DNA of 53,088 nucleotides, filler included, from Dimargaris cristalligena (Eukaryota), in assembly GCA_003614675.1 (NCBI GenBank). It is 3 parts of 3 records of this genome, joined end to end, with 100 filler letters (N's around TTAATTAATTAA, not from the genome) between each part and the next. Parts side by side here need not be neighbours in the genome. Positions count along the whole stretch, not along the records: positions 17,736 to 35,364 come from ML002794.1; 2 more parts are not named here. One strand, given 5' to 3'. Under the pieces are notes generated by a model. That model saw only the letters and a list, made by a program, of their open reading frames with translations. It was not told the origin of the DNA and did not search any database. Position 1 is the stretch's first letter, and each line of letters starts with the position of its first letter. The position numbers and the translations under genes are program-made. Positions 23,701 through 35,464 of this stretch are shown here, piece after piece.

Positions 23701-26700
23701 TCGATTTTCGTCCTGGGTCCTGTATTTCTAGCTCACCTAGGTCAGATCTTCGGTTGTTAAATATTTGGAGCCACGCCAGAGGTAAGCGAAATACACTTGT
23801 CACCGATTCCCTTGTTGAGGGGGAGCCTCCAACGAGTGCAGGGCGGGACTTTTTTGATGCATACCTAGGTATGGTAAAAACACATGTCCAAAACTCAGTT
23901 ACCATCTCCAACCAGATTTTGGGTCAGCCGGGTGAGGAATCACTTTCGCTCTTATCACCCCTTTCTTTGTACACCGGCGCGACAGGTACTGGCATCCTTT
24001 ATTGCGCCAAGCTATCCACGGGGATCGCAGCTTTTGGGACCCCTTTCCCCCGAAAAACCGGGCTTCCGGGAAGGGCAGGAGTACCCCTGTAAACCGTAAT
24101 TCGTGGGATTAGTACATCAGTGACCAATTTGATCAAGTCCTTCAGGTCGGAGAATAGGGGCACAGTGTTTGGATCTCCACTTCACGCCACATCCAATTTT
24201 TAATCCTAACAGTTAACTTTGGTCCCTTCCCCTCAGGATATAGCCCGAACCACCAGGTACACCTCTCTCCATTAAAGATGCGGCTCTGACCTTACCCCAC
24301 ACCCGCTATTGTCTGCATCCGGGTCGAACAGTCAAACCTGTTTCATTACAAGGCCCTTGACAGTGTGTATAAATAATTGGGACTATGGCCAAGTAAGTGC
24401 ATTGGTAGTCGGGGGTAATGATATTTCATTAGATTACATGTTGCTTTAGTAATTTTCGTTTGGGTTGATGCCGATCGTTCAAGCCACACTTATAGTCAAA
24501 ACTTTCGGCCTAATAGCATCCATTATTTTTTAATATACTTCTATTCTGAAGGTATTCCCTACATGTACTACTCAGTGCTATAGATGCGAGACCAGATCCC
24601 ACCCGCAACCAATTATTACTCCCTGGATCATTTAAAATCATTGACATTCGCCCAGATTTCAGAGAAGGCATACGCCAGTCGGATTACAGTGGTTAGATGT
24701 GTTTACATTGGCACTAATGTTAAGGCCACTATGGTGTCAATAGCATTCCTACTCAATCCTCCTTTTCATTATATCGGTGGCTAAAAAAGATACAGTGACG
24801 ATGGATCGTGTCTGACGCAGTTGAAGATCTACTTTCATAATATAATGAAGGGCCGAATTACCTATTATAAACAGTTCGGCGATATTATTTTCATACTCAA
24901 TTGACTGAATTTTACGATGGATCATCTCCAATTCATCAGTCAAAAAAGACGATTTCTTCCCTTAATATCGGGAGATCTCATTAAACCACACAGTCGGTTG
25001 CAGGATGTATAACCAACAATTCCAACGCGACGCTAATTACGCTCCCTGAAACCATGTGAACCATTTGCCGACACCGGTCAGCTCCTGCCTTAAAGTAGAT
25101 CACCATCCCCTAAACCCACCATGCCTTCTGCAGATTCTACTTTACCCCTGGAATGGGTGCAACCCCCTTATCCGAACAGTGGCTCGCAGCCCAACTAGGT
25201 GAAACGAGAATTCCACTATCATTGCAATTAATGACCAGAATGAGCTGGTTAATGGGAGAACACTCTCTGGTTCGTTTCACTTACACAGTGAGTCGTCACA
25301 TCATTTCCCCGATTACCCATCATTCAAGTATTGGTGTCGAATAGCCCGCTGTTAATGGTTAATCGATAGACTGGGGGGGGCTTGCTACCTCTGACGTGCC
25401 ACTGATTATTCGGTAGATGTGAACCCCGGATGATGGTAGGTGCTAATGAGTAAAGCCGTCCATGTATGATATTCCATGACTGTCCATGAAAGTCCCCCTT
25501 GCCTCGAGACCCGAGCCGGTGGTGTTAGGGGAAAGGGTCATCTACCCTTCCTACTTTGATATCTTCCCACGCCCCTCCCACAGAGCACTCATCCCTTGAA
25601 TATTCAGGGTAATATTTCACAAATTCGGATTGGTCTAGTCTGCTATCACTAGCGAGACCGTGTGACAATCTTGCTCATTTCCGAGAACCACATATTAGAC
25701 TAGCAGGTGACTATTCAGGGTTATTTTGGATGGCAGCGTCACTTGGGGAAGACAATTCATGAGGGCTCTGTATTAAGGGTGCTGTCAATAATGATATACC
25801 ATCCCAAATAGCCACAAGAGAGTGCTGGTCCTGATATAATAAGTAGTAATAGGACTCCGAGACCGCGACTAAGTCCAAGGAGCTGGTCCGCGCTTCCGCG
25901 CACTGCCTTACCCGGACTCCAGCCCAATGGGCAATGGCGTGATAGTAGGTTGGCTGCTATTGACAGAGGAATATCTACCACTCCGCCGCCATTTTCTATA
26001 TATATTTTAAGCGACAGATTTGTCACCATAATAAAGAGCCGGGTTGCTTCAACTAATAAACAGCCCAGCAACCGGAAGCTGAAGAGATCCATGATTCACG
26101 AATACTACCACTTAGAAGTATGTGCCTAGGTCCTCTAGGAAGGTGGTGCAATTTAGTGAGAGGATGTGGGGGACATACCGGGGCTCTACTGGGTGGTGGG
26201 TAGCTTGGATCCAGCGGGTTTCCGTATATGAATATTAAATCGGCTGGCGCAGTTGCCTTCTTAGTGTACCTCGACTCACTCCGCACTCGAGGTCGGGTTT
26301 CTGTTGGTCGCGAATAGTGGTCTCCAGGAATCACTGAGTATACCCACTGGGGGTGGTTGACCTGGGATACACCCGCGTGTACGGGCCTTGGCTTGATATG
26401 GCCACCACCCTATGCACCGATGAGACCATGCCACCTATGCACCCGGCGTCAAAGGCACCTATCCGCTCTACAGTCATGGCGTGCAGACTGACCATATGGA
26501 TCTATCGTACTCTGCCAGCACGATTTATGCAGCCATACTCACTCGCGATGTCACTTAGATCCGTGAATGGACTAATTGGACTATAGGAGGGCCACTGAGT
26601 GTGACTGATTGAGGTGGGTCAAAAAAAGGGTGGATGGTATGGTCAAGGCGAAGAAGGGATCACCCCTTTTCCACTATCAGATCTTGCCGCTCCCGGATGT

Positions 26701-27283
26701 GTGTATCTAGGGCTGTTTGCTTCGACTTCCCCGTCTTAATTCAAAGTGTACTCGGGGCTAATTCTCCTGCTAAGGAACTTTCCGCTGTTGTTTTATTCAA
26801 GGTGATGGTCCCTGCTTTTCGGTAGGTCAGCCAGCTGCACCCTCTCCTCCTCCCCCCCACCCCATTATGACAAATCAGCCTATTTTGGGGGATGCGGATG
26901 GGACCCGGCCTGCAAGTGGTAGCTGAATGAATCCCACAGTGTCACAGGCCATGCCGCCCTCCCCACTTATAGTCGTATTTTATTTCTCATTATTATGACG
27001 ACGATAATTCATGGCCACCAGTGCGGCTACTGCGACTCTTTACTCACCCCCACCCCCCATGCCCGTCCCATCCGATTCAGTGGGTCTGCGGTGACCACCC
27101 TGGTACTTTCCGTGGTCCACTTGAACGGGATTCCTTTAGTCAACATTGACCAACACTATGGGCGTGTGGACCACCAACTGAGAGGACAGGGAGGCTGGTC
27201 TTATGTTGCTTGGTTATGGAGCTTCCCAGGGCCTCTTGCACTATTCTCTCTCCCTGGTTTACCGATTGTGGCCACGAGCCGCC

Positions 27284-27291
27284 TATAAAAG
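27284..27291 (+). promoter_or_regulatory. Candidate TATA box (TATAAAAG) of the C2H2 factor gene
   Basis: Consensus TATAAAAG followed by about 680 nt of pyrimidine-rich, ATG-free sequence up to the ATG at 27975. Confidence 0.55.
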
Positions 27292-27974
27292 GGCGCCGAC
27301 TCCCTCCTGGGTTACCCCTTATCAAACCATCCCCTTGGCCTGACCTCTCCTACTAGTGTCTCAACTTGCACCGATCCGGCGCTTCCTACTCTTTGCTATA
27401 TTTTGCTTCCCTACCGTCCCACTCCCATTCGAGTGGAATAAGCGCCCGTCCTGTTTTTCTTTTGCGTTGAGACCACCGCTTCATCCGTCGCTATCGATAA
27501 TTTTTGCCCAACTTAGGGCTCCATATTTCCAGTGCCTAGGCGGTTCTCGTTGGTAAAGGTTCTGACCAAATATTCTGGCCGTAATCGCTGTGCCCCCCTC
27601 CTGTTGCGTACCATTTGAAGCTGGTATTGTATTGGAATCGATCCCTTTTTGATCGCTATAAACTCTTGCCTGGGGAACATTCCGTGAACCATCCAACCTG
27701 CTTCCCACAACCACCCTGAGTGACTAGCCTCCCTAACTAACACCTGGATCTTTTTCAAATTTCCAACCTCCTAGTGTCTTTAAATTAAGCAATACTCTCA
27801 ATATCACATTTCTCTACATTGCCACCCGAACATTCCTCATTGACAAGCCCTTCCTTTCACCTTGGCATTGTTTCAAAGTTACATCGTCACGTAACTCCCG
27901 TATCATTAATTTATCCTAGCCGCTCATTATTCTCGTTCATTCCCCACCCCTTGCCCTGTAAGCACCGCTACATT

Positions 27975-29324
27975 ATGCTGAGCCAATCCTTCGCCAGCCA
28001 CTCTTACAAACAGATCAAGCATCCGTTCTTCACTGCGGAGCAGATCAGCGAGGCCCAAAAGTATGAAAGTCCCGACCACACAAACAGTTCGCCGTATCAT
28101 CCCAGTATGAGCAGCTCACCCTATACCCCTATTTTCCCATCCGAGAACGACATGGTCGCTCATCCGCATGGCCTGTACCCGCATCCTATTTCCGTATCCA
28201 CAAGTGGCCAGTCGCCCGCTCTGTCCAACGGCTCTGGCGTTCCACACAGCTCCAGCCACCCGGACATGGGGGCACATATGGTATCTTCCGGGGTCCACAC
28301 GCCGGGTATCACTACACCGCTCCTGTTCTCCGCCCCCACTGGTGGCGACCTGTGCTCGTCGGCCACTGGCCTAAAGTTTGTCAACGGCGGCCAGCAGTTC
28401 TATTCGTCGGGGTCCCCTAATGAGTCCCATATTCCGCCCCATTCCCCGATGGCTTCCCTGGAGCACCAGGGCCAGTCCATGGAATCCCCGGTTCACCCAT
28501 CCCGGCCAGTGACGCTAGGATCACACCACGCGCACCGCCAGCAACCGCCGGTTATGTTCAACCAGCCAAGCTTTGTGGCCCTGCCCTATTCGACAATAAT
28601 GGGGGCCTCCGCTACACCCCACCCTGCTTCCCACGCCTCTCTCTCTTCCTCCAACGATGGCCATCTCGTTCCCTACCAGTCCGTGGAACCCAGAATGGAG
28701 GGTCTATTGGGTTACCCGAGCTCCTTCAACTTCTCATATGATCTCCAACCCCCATTAATGAATCCTTCCATGTCGTTCTCGTCGGATTACTCGGCTTCGT
28801 CGCGTGACTCCTGCGATTACCCCATTTCGGCAGGCGTTCTGCATTCTCCCCACGGAGGAGCAATGCTTCCGGATTTTGCCACTAGTATGTCTAATGGAGG
28901 GGGCTATCAAATGGGGCCGAATCCCGATTCAGTTCACCCGATGGACACTGAGCCCAACGTGCCCCGGTCCAAGCGCAAGCGCGGTAACCCCCGTCCGCGT
29001 CGCTCCGCCGGTGAAAAACCCAAATCTAATACCCACCGTGACCCCAAGGAAAAGCGCTTCCCATGTCCCGTAGAGGGGTGTGGTGTGCGATTTAATCGCG
29101 CCGAACACGTCCAGCGCCATTATAAGTCCATCCATCTTAAAGTGCGTCCCTTTGAATGCCCCGAGCCCGGCTGCGGCAAGGTCTTTTCACGAACGGACAA
29201 CCTAACCCAGCACCGCAACACTCATAACCGGTCGAAGTCGAAGGCCAAGGAACGCGAATATCACACCGCGTTTGTTAATACGACAGTCCCCGACACCAGC
29301 AGTATCAAACGTCGTATGGAATAA
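27975..29324 (+). CDS. Msn2/Msn4/Seb1-type C2H2 zinc-finger transcription factor (449 aa)
   Basis: Ser/Pro/His-rich disordered N-terminus, basic NLS-like RSKRKRGNPRPRR, and two C-terminal fingers (CPVEGCGVRFNRAEHVQRHYKSIH; CPEPGCGKVFSRTDNLTQHRNTH). The RxEH / RxDNLxQH helices are typical of STRE-binding Msn2/4- and BrlA-like factors. Confidence 0.88.
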   Translation: MLSQSFASHSYKQIKHPFFTAEQISEAQKYESPDHTNSSPYHPSMSSSPYTPIFPSENDMVAHPHGLYPHPISVSTSGQSPALSNGSGVPHSSSHPDMGAHMVSSGVHTPGITTPLLFSAPTGGDLCSSATGLKFVNGGQQFYSSGSPNESHIPPHSPMASLEHQGQSMESPVHPSRPVTLGSHHAHRQQPPVMFNQPSFVALPYSTIMGASATPHPASHASLSSSNDGHLVPYQSVEPRMEGLLGYPSSFNFSYDLQPPLMNPSMSFSSDYSASSRDSCDYPISAGVLHSPHGGAMLPDFATSMSNGGGYQMGPNPDSVHPMDTEPNVPRSKRKRGNPRPRRSAGEKPKSNTHRDPKEKRFPCPVEGCGVRFNRAEHVQRHYKSIHLKVRPFECPEPGCGKVFSRTDNLTQHRNTHNRSKSKAKEREYHTAFVNTTVPDTSSIKRRME

Positions 29325-32300
29325 GCCCCCTTCCCCCCCGCCCTTAAACCCTAACGTAACTGATGCGGGCCTTGTATAACAGGAATATGGCCTCGGTTGC
29401 TATTCCGCACCCCTCCTGCTTCCCACAGTCAGATCAGCAGTACACCACCAGTCTTAAGCCAATGGTATATTTTCTAAGTTACGTATGACATGTTTTACCA
29501 CGACCACGCTATTCACTCCCCCCTTTTTCTATACCCAGTCTGTACTTTACTTACTACAATCCTCCTGTCTTCTACCTCTCGTCTCCTAATTCATAATTCC
29601 GTTTTCAGCCCAACCAATTCGCTACCAGTAGTTTAATATGTGCCTTCTGGTTCTAGACCCGTATGAGGATTAGTCGTCTCTTCTCCGACATAATGGTCGA
29701 TATTTGCCTAAGCATTTTTGCAATATTCTAATGTATTTCACCTCACTGTAAACCCACCAATCGTTCATAATTTAGCCTGATGTTCGCATAATTCGTCCGT
29801 ACTTTTTCCTATTGTCTACACAGCATCTCACTTTATCTCATTTCATTCCACCCGTTGGCGTTATCATCACTGGTCTGTCATGTAGAATACCACCCTCAGT
29901 GCAAGGGATATTCCGCGAATATCCCGTTTTTAATAACTTCTAGTACTCTCCACTCGCTTTCTCACCATTTGCAGTCAAAATAAACCAGCCCTCAATTCCA
30001 AAACTGCTGTATTCTATCCACATGTCCTTCGGATGAGGTGCCTTTGGGTAGATTGGATGGTGGTAACCATTGAGAGTTCCCGCTAATACCCAACAGTAAG
30101 TATCCCAAAGGGGTACAATTTCGTAGTGTATCTCTTTTGCGGTTCCTTCAGGAGAGTGTGTACCTGCCATCGAAGCCAAGGTCCTGCGTATTTAATTTCG
30201 CCAAGTTGGCCATTGTTTTTGTGGGCTTGTATATTTTGGGATTGGTTTGATGGTGACGAATTACATAAGAGGGACCACGCCGCGGGCTAAGGACGCGGGA
30301 GCCCTATCGGGGGTTTTCTAATGCGAGGCATCGGGATCTCTTGACTAATTGGATATAAGGGAGATCGGGTGGATGAATGAGTTAGTGCTGTAGCCCAACT
30401 CCATTATTATACTAGCCCAGTATAAATCTGCAATAGTGGCCAGGAGCGGGTCTCGTTTAGGTCCGGCATATTACACGGTGCTGAGGACATGGCTATAATG
30501 GTGTGGGTGCCGTACCATTTAGTCACCGCGATGCCTTGCATTCCCCTCCTCTTCACTTGCCGTGGCCGCCGGTTTTATTTCATTACATTTTATGCACAGG
30601 GGCACCTGGTGTAAAGAGCAGCCTTCCGAAAGACGCTGTATTTTCTTAATTTGCCATCACCTAATATATTCGAATAGGCAGTTTTGCTTGGCATATGTCC
30701 ACTGACTGATCCTCAAGTAGGCGGTTCGCTGAGTCGGGGTGGTCCCGTACTTAATATTAAAGCTGCTGCCGGGAATACACCCTACTGAGTTTGCTAGAGT
30801 GGGTCATGAACTCGGTTTTTTGGATACCCTCCCCCCTCCTACCGCATCTCTCTGCCTCACTATTAACAGCAATATAAAACCATGCACCGGTCCCTATTTG
30901 AGAAATCTATCCTCAGGAGACTCGAATCAGCGTCCATATACTGTAAGTAAATATACTCCACCACCCTCTTTTCCTTGTGGAACAGGATACTTGCAGAGTA
31001 GTACACTGAACCTCCAGACTGCACGGTCCAAACACTCTAAAGAAAAATAAGCCCTTTGCCCATCAATAGTGAATGAGGTGGATTGCACATTTTGGGGTTC
31101 CCAGCATGTACCATAAACTAAAGGCCAGCATTTCGCTGCGATTCGGGTCCTCTAATTTAACCTTTTCAGCTAGGGTCACACTTCCCCCCTCTCCTCCGAG
31201 ATGAGGTCTCGGCCCAATCTGAGCCCTTGTCTGTGGATGCTATTAAAAGGTGGTGGATTACCTAGATTGCGGATTTGGAGGCAAAAGCTTTGCCTATTAC
31301 GGGCCCTACTATCTTTAGCCATCCAGATTCGGATATCTCAACTGAATGGGACCTATATATGGCCCATATTATTTAGACGGTAGATCCGGATAACCAAAGT
31401 ATAGGGAATGGGAAATGGTGTAGATTGACTGCTAAAATACCCACGCTGGTTTTTGGGCTGCCATACCAATCCTTTCCATGCCATTCACTGAATAACAGGT
31501 ATTGTGATGCTCTGAAAACAAATACGGCGGAGTTTCCGATGTTTTTGAATTGCCGGAGGGCCGGCATACTGCTTCACAAAACGACGGAGTTAGGCAAATT
31601 GCCGTAGTCTTAGAATCTATAGTCCCTGTATCACTGGTCTCGCTTTAGTAAATCCATGCCTAAAGTTTGGAAGTTGAAGTAGGGGCTGATGACGTCGGCT
31701 GAACCATTCGCCCGATCAACCACCTTGGGGGCTCATCCTTTACCTCTCGTCTGGTCGGACTTTACTTACTTATATAGCCGGCTGTTCAATCATATTGGGT
31801 TACGAGGGGTATAGTTGGGGACCTGGCAACTAAATGGGTGAGTACGGACGCAGACTGGGTACTAGTTGTTCTATATTAACGCCTCATGTACCCGCCTCCC
31901 GCTACACCGCCCAGTCCATTTGGTGTTGAAAGCTCACAGCATGTGTAAAACATCACTTGGTGAATGTATGATGCAGTACATTCGCCAACAGCCACTTTTG
32001 GCCAATGGTCGAATCAATGACCGGGGGTTCCCATCGCAGTTAATTTAATTGCTTCCGAGTGGTTTGTCTTGTATTCCCGGTAAATACCTACTATACAGTA
32101 GAGGATATACCGATGAATTCGTCGAGTTGCAGAAGCCGGTTTGAAAATAGGTATTACTGAAGTGTTGGAAGAAATACATAGTGATGGTATGATTACCATT
32201 CACATGCAATGCCTCCCACCCGAAATGCCTTGTACGGGGTGTATTTTATATTGGCACTTTCCACCCACGTAAATTGAAGGCTGTTATTTTGGGTGTAAGT

Positions 32301-33905
32301 CCATAGCGATATCAGTCTTCTGCAGGTGAGTCGGCTGGTATGGGTCACCTGTATCGCCCCAATCCTCGGTTACACCACCACTGGGAAAAACGAATGAAGC
32401 CTTGGTAAAAAAATATATGAAAAAGCGGCACGAGTTACCCACCGTGAAAAAAAAAACGACCATTGTCCGTATGAAGAGACGTGGTTAATAATTGGGGACA
32501 ATATTTTGAATCAAAATAGACTAATCAGGAATAGAGAATACGCGAAGAACCAATGCTGAAGGGCAGGATTTCTGAACAACTCCCGTATATCTGCCAACCT
32601 TCTAAAATCGTGGGAAGTAGGTGAGGGGGGGGGGGGTTAAGCCTGGATAGCGGAGACCCCTAAATAATAAGCCATTTGAGACCATTGTCCGTTAACCTGG
32701 CTTTTGCCCCAGCTTTGCACCAGCAATCCCAGAGTCTACCTTATTCAGAGAACACCCCCGGCCGACAGCAAGTTATCATAGTAATTAATGGACGTGCTCT
32801 AGATAACGGTGGTAAAAAATACTATTGGCAGAGAATAATAAGCGGGTGAGGAGTCGCATTATAACCTTATTTAAAGGTCAAACAAACTGGTACACGTGTG
32901 GGAGTTAGTTAACTGGTTTAACTCTGGGTGAATCGCGAACTTTCGGTACGTGTTATATAGTACTAGGGCGTGTACGTGCAAATATATTAATTTTGCGTGT
33001 ATACATTGGAACCGGCTATAGTCGGCTAAAGACGAAGGTGAGAAGCCCCGCCATTGTTGTTCAAGGGTAAAACAAAAAGGAGTAGGTGGACTGAGTAATA
33101 GCCTAATGGGGGATTACGTGGCTAATATAAATGCATAATACACACTGCAAGGCGGATAAAAACATAATTTAGACCAGGTCACCCCATGTTTTAAAATATT
33201 GGGATAGGTTGAGACAGATCGCCATTTAGCGATGAGGAGCAGCGGGTATCAATCACTGAATAGCAAGACAGTCCCCCAGCAGAAATAACGATAGCCTATT
33301 ATTCCAATAAGGATTTTCTGGTTGATAGACCTTTATGGTATCTAATCGTTATTATAGAAACCCAGTAGAGTACATAGCAGTCACACCAATAAAATCAGGG
33401 GGGCCGGGTTTATTAGTAGAACCTAGAGCCATGGCAACCAATTGGTTAGTGACAATTCCTAGGAAGCTCCTCTACCGGAAGTCATACAAACCACATCTTT
33501 CCTGGACACTTAACAGAGTATCTGCTGGTTCTGATAAGTATTTTGATTTGGCTACCCTCTTAAGGTACCTAAATCCCCTATCCATATTCCGCTCAGGCAG
33601 TCCTTCCAGCTATCTGAGATCTGTATTGGTATCCCTTTGTGACCACTCTTAGAACTGATAGCTTATACTATGCCAACTTATCCCAGCCTTTATACACCCA
33701 CACCTTTTAGGACCCTGTACTTAGGTGCTATAATATTTACTGTTGTGTTCCTCCCTCACACCTACTAAAGCCCCTGTTGATGGGCATCCCATGTATAGTA
33801 GGCACCTGCCAAACAGGCTTAAATATAATGTTTGGGCGGTTAACCATTGTGATATCTGTCACTAGGTGTTTAATATAAGGAAATCTTGGATTTCAGTATT
33901 ACTAA

Positions 33906-34488
33906 TGTCACCCAGGTTAACCACTCTTAGTCTGTTAAGAGTCCCAAGGATAGGCTTATAATGGTAGGCAGGGCTAAAACTCAGCTAAGTGGGCTACTAG
34001 CATTAGGATGGGGGCATAGTACTAACCAATAGAGGCTTAGGCAATGGGATTATGCAAGGGATGTACAATGGCATACTTACTAGTCAGTATAAGGGGGGTG
34101 AGTATATATAGAGTTTATTGGGGTAAACTAGGGGGTAAGGATAAGCTAGGGAATCTAACTGGTCCTAATGATGCCTGGTTATATATATACAGGGGTAACT
34201 CCAGAGGGAGGTCCCAAGGGGAGATACTACTAGACTATGGTATAGATAAATAGACCAACCAGATGGGCCTCATATCTGGAATACTCTTATGGGAACTGGA
34301 AGAGTCTTCAGATCAGTAGGTTAAGTGTTTTGTGTGAAGCATTGGGGGCTGGAAGGAGAATAGTTATATAACAACTGATGATCCCATAGTACCGGGGTTG
34401 ACCATGGGAGGGTTAATATGGTGCTATAAGGCCTAATAAGGGTAGACAATCATTAAGTCCAGATTAAGTCAGATTAGGAGGGCTGACA
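33906..34488 (-). mobile_element. Degenerate LTR copy 1 (583 bp), probably the 3' LTR of a Ty3/gypsy-like retrotransposon
   Basis: Minus-strand termini TGTCA...TGACA. Internal TATATATAA (near 34179-34189) then AATAAA (34119-34114). Immediately preceded by a polypurine tract. Homologous to 34840-35364 in inverted orientation, with homology starting exactly at the 5' TG. The 3' boundary rests on the TGACA terminus only. Confidence 0.78.
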
Positions 34489-34520
34489 TTACCCTCTCCT
34501 ACTGGAGCCTCATCCTTGAA
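34489..34520 (-). mobile_element. Polypurine tract and 3' internal motif of the LTR element
   Basis: Minus strand reads TTCAAGGATGAGGCTCC-AGTAGGAGAGGG-TAA-TGTCA. This fits a CpG-decayed TCGAGGACGAG motif plus PPT abutting the LTR, as in Ty3/gypsy 3' ends. Confidence 0.68.
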
Positions 34521-34839
34521 ACCTTTGACAAATGGAATGATCTGGTTGCTAGAGACTCATTCTTATTGGTGGTGTTTGTCATGTACCACAGGGGTGATGG
34601 TATAGGTGTTACCACTGTGGCAAGGTGGAGTGTCCCCTTGATTACCACAGGTATAAATTATTATATTTATATATAAGGTATGAAGTGGCTTTTTTTTCTG
34701 GTATAACCAGATTTTCTCCCTTCCCCTTTAACCCATTCTTTCCATATAAATTTTCCCTTTGATTTTTATATATTCCTATTGATTAATCCACCATTTTCAT
34801 AGAATTGGATATACATATTCATGCATGATTATTAGTGGC

Positions 34840-35364
34840 TGTTGGCCCTCCTAATCTGACTTAATCCAGACCTAACAATCACCCATCCTTATTAGGCCTT
34901 ATAGTGACATATTAACCCTCCTATAGTCACCCCCTGGTACTATGGGTCATCATTTATTATATAACCCCACTCATTCCAACCCCAATACTTTGCACCCAAA
35001 ATACTCAACTTGCTGATCCAAGACTCTTCCTGTTCCCATGAGAGTCTTCCCAATGTAAAGCTATCCAGTCAGATTCTTTACCTATCCATACCTTAGTCTT
35101 AGTAGTATTTCCCTTGGGACCTCCCTCTGGAGCCATCCCTGCATATATATAACCAGGCCCCACTGGGACTAGTTCAATGGTCAGCTTGTTCATATCCCCC
35201 AGTTTACCTCAATAAACTCTATATACACTCACCTCCCTTGTACTAACTAGTAAGTGTACCTTCTGCATGTCCCTGATATTTACCTGTATTCTCCATTATT
35301 AGTTAGTATTATGCCCCCATCCTAATACCAGTAGCCCACTTGGCTGAGTCTAAGCCCCACCTAC
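34840..35364 (+). mobile_element. Degenerate LTR copy 2 (5' or solo LTR), truncated by the assembly gap
   Basis: Begins TGTTGGCCCTCC (copy 1: TGTCAGCCCTCC). TATATATAA at 35144-35152, AATAAA at 35211-35216. Aligns to the reverse complement of 33964-34488 up to the Ns. No PPT upstream. Confidence 0.75.
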
Positions 35365-35464
35365 NNNNNNNNNNNNNNNNNNNNNNNNNNNNNNNNNNNN
35401 NNNNNNNNTTAATTAATTAANNNNNNNNNNNNNNNNNNNNNNNNNNNNNNNNNNNNNNNNNNNN
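35365..35464. other. Artificial contig-join spacer (N44-TTAATTAATTAA-N44)
   Basis: 100 bp, linker at 35409-35420, same as 17636-17735. Confidence 0.97.

Noticed and set aside
23661-24092. 143-aa ATG ORF in the gene desert
   Set aside because: No recognisable domain or splice structure; ORFs overlap on both strands; compatible with chance.
33903-34491. TAA-TGTCA...TGACA-TTA read as a Harbinger/MITE with TWA target duplication
   Set aside because: The second copy lacks the TAA flank, and the PPT, TATA and AATAAA fit an LTR better.
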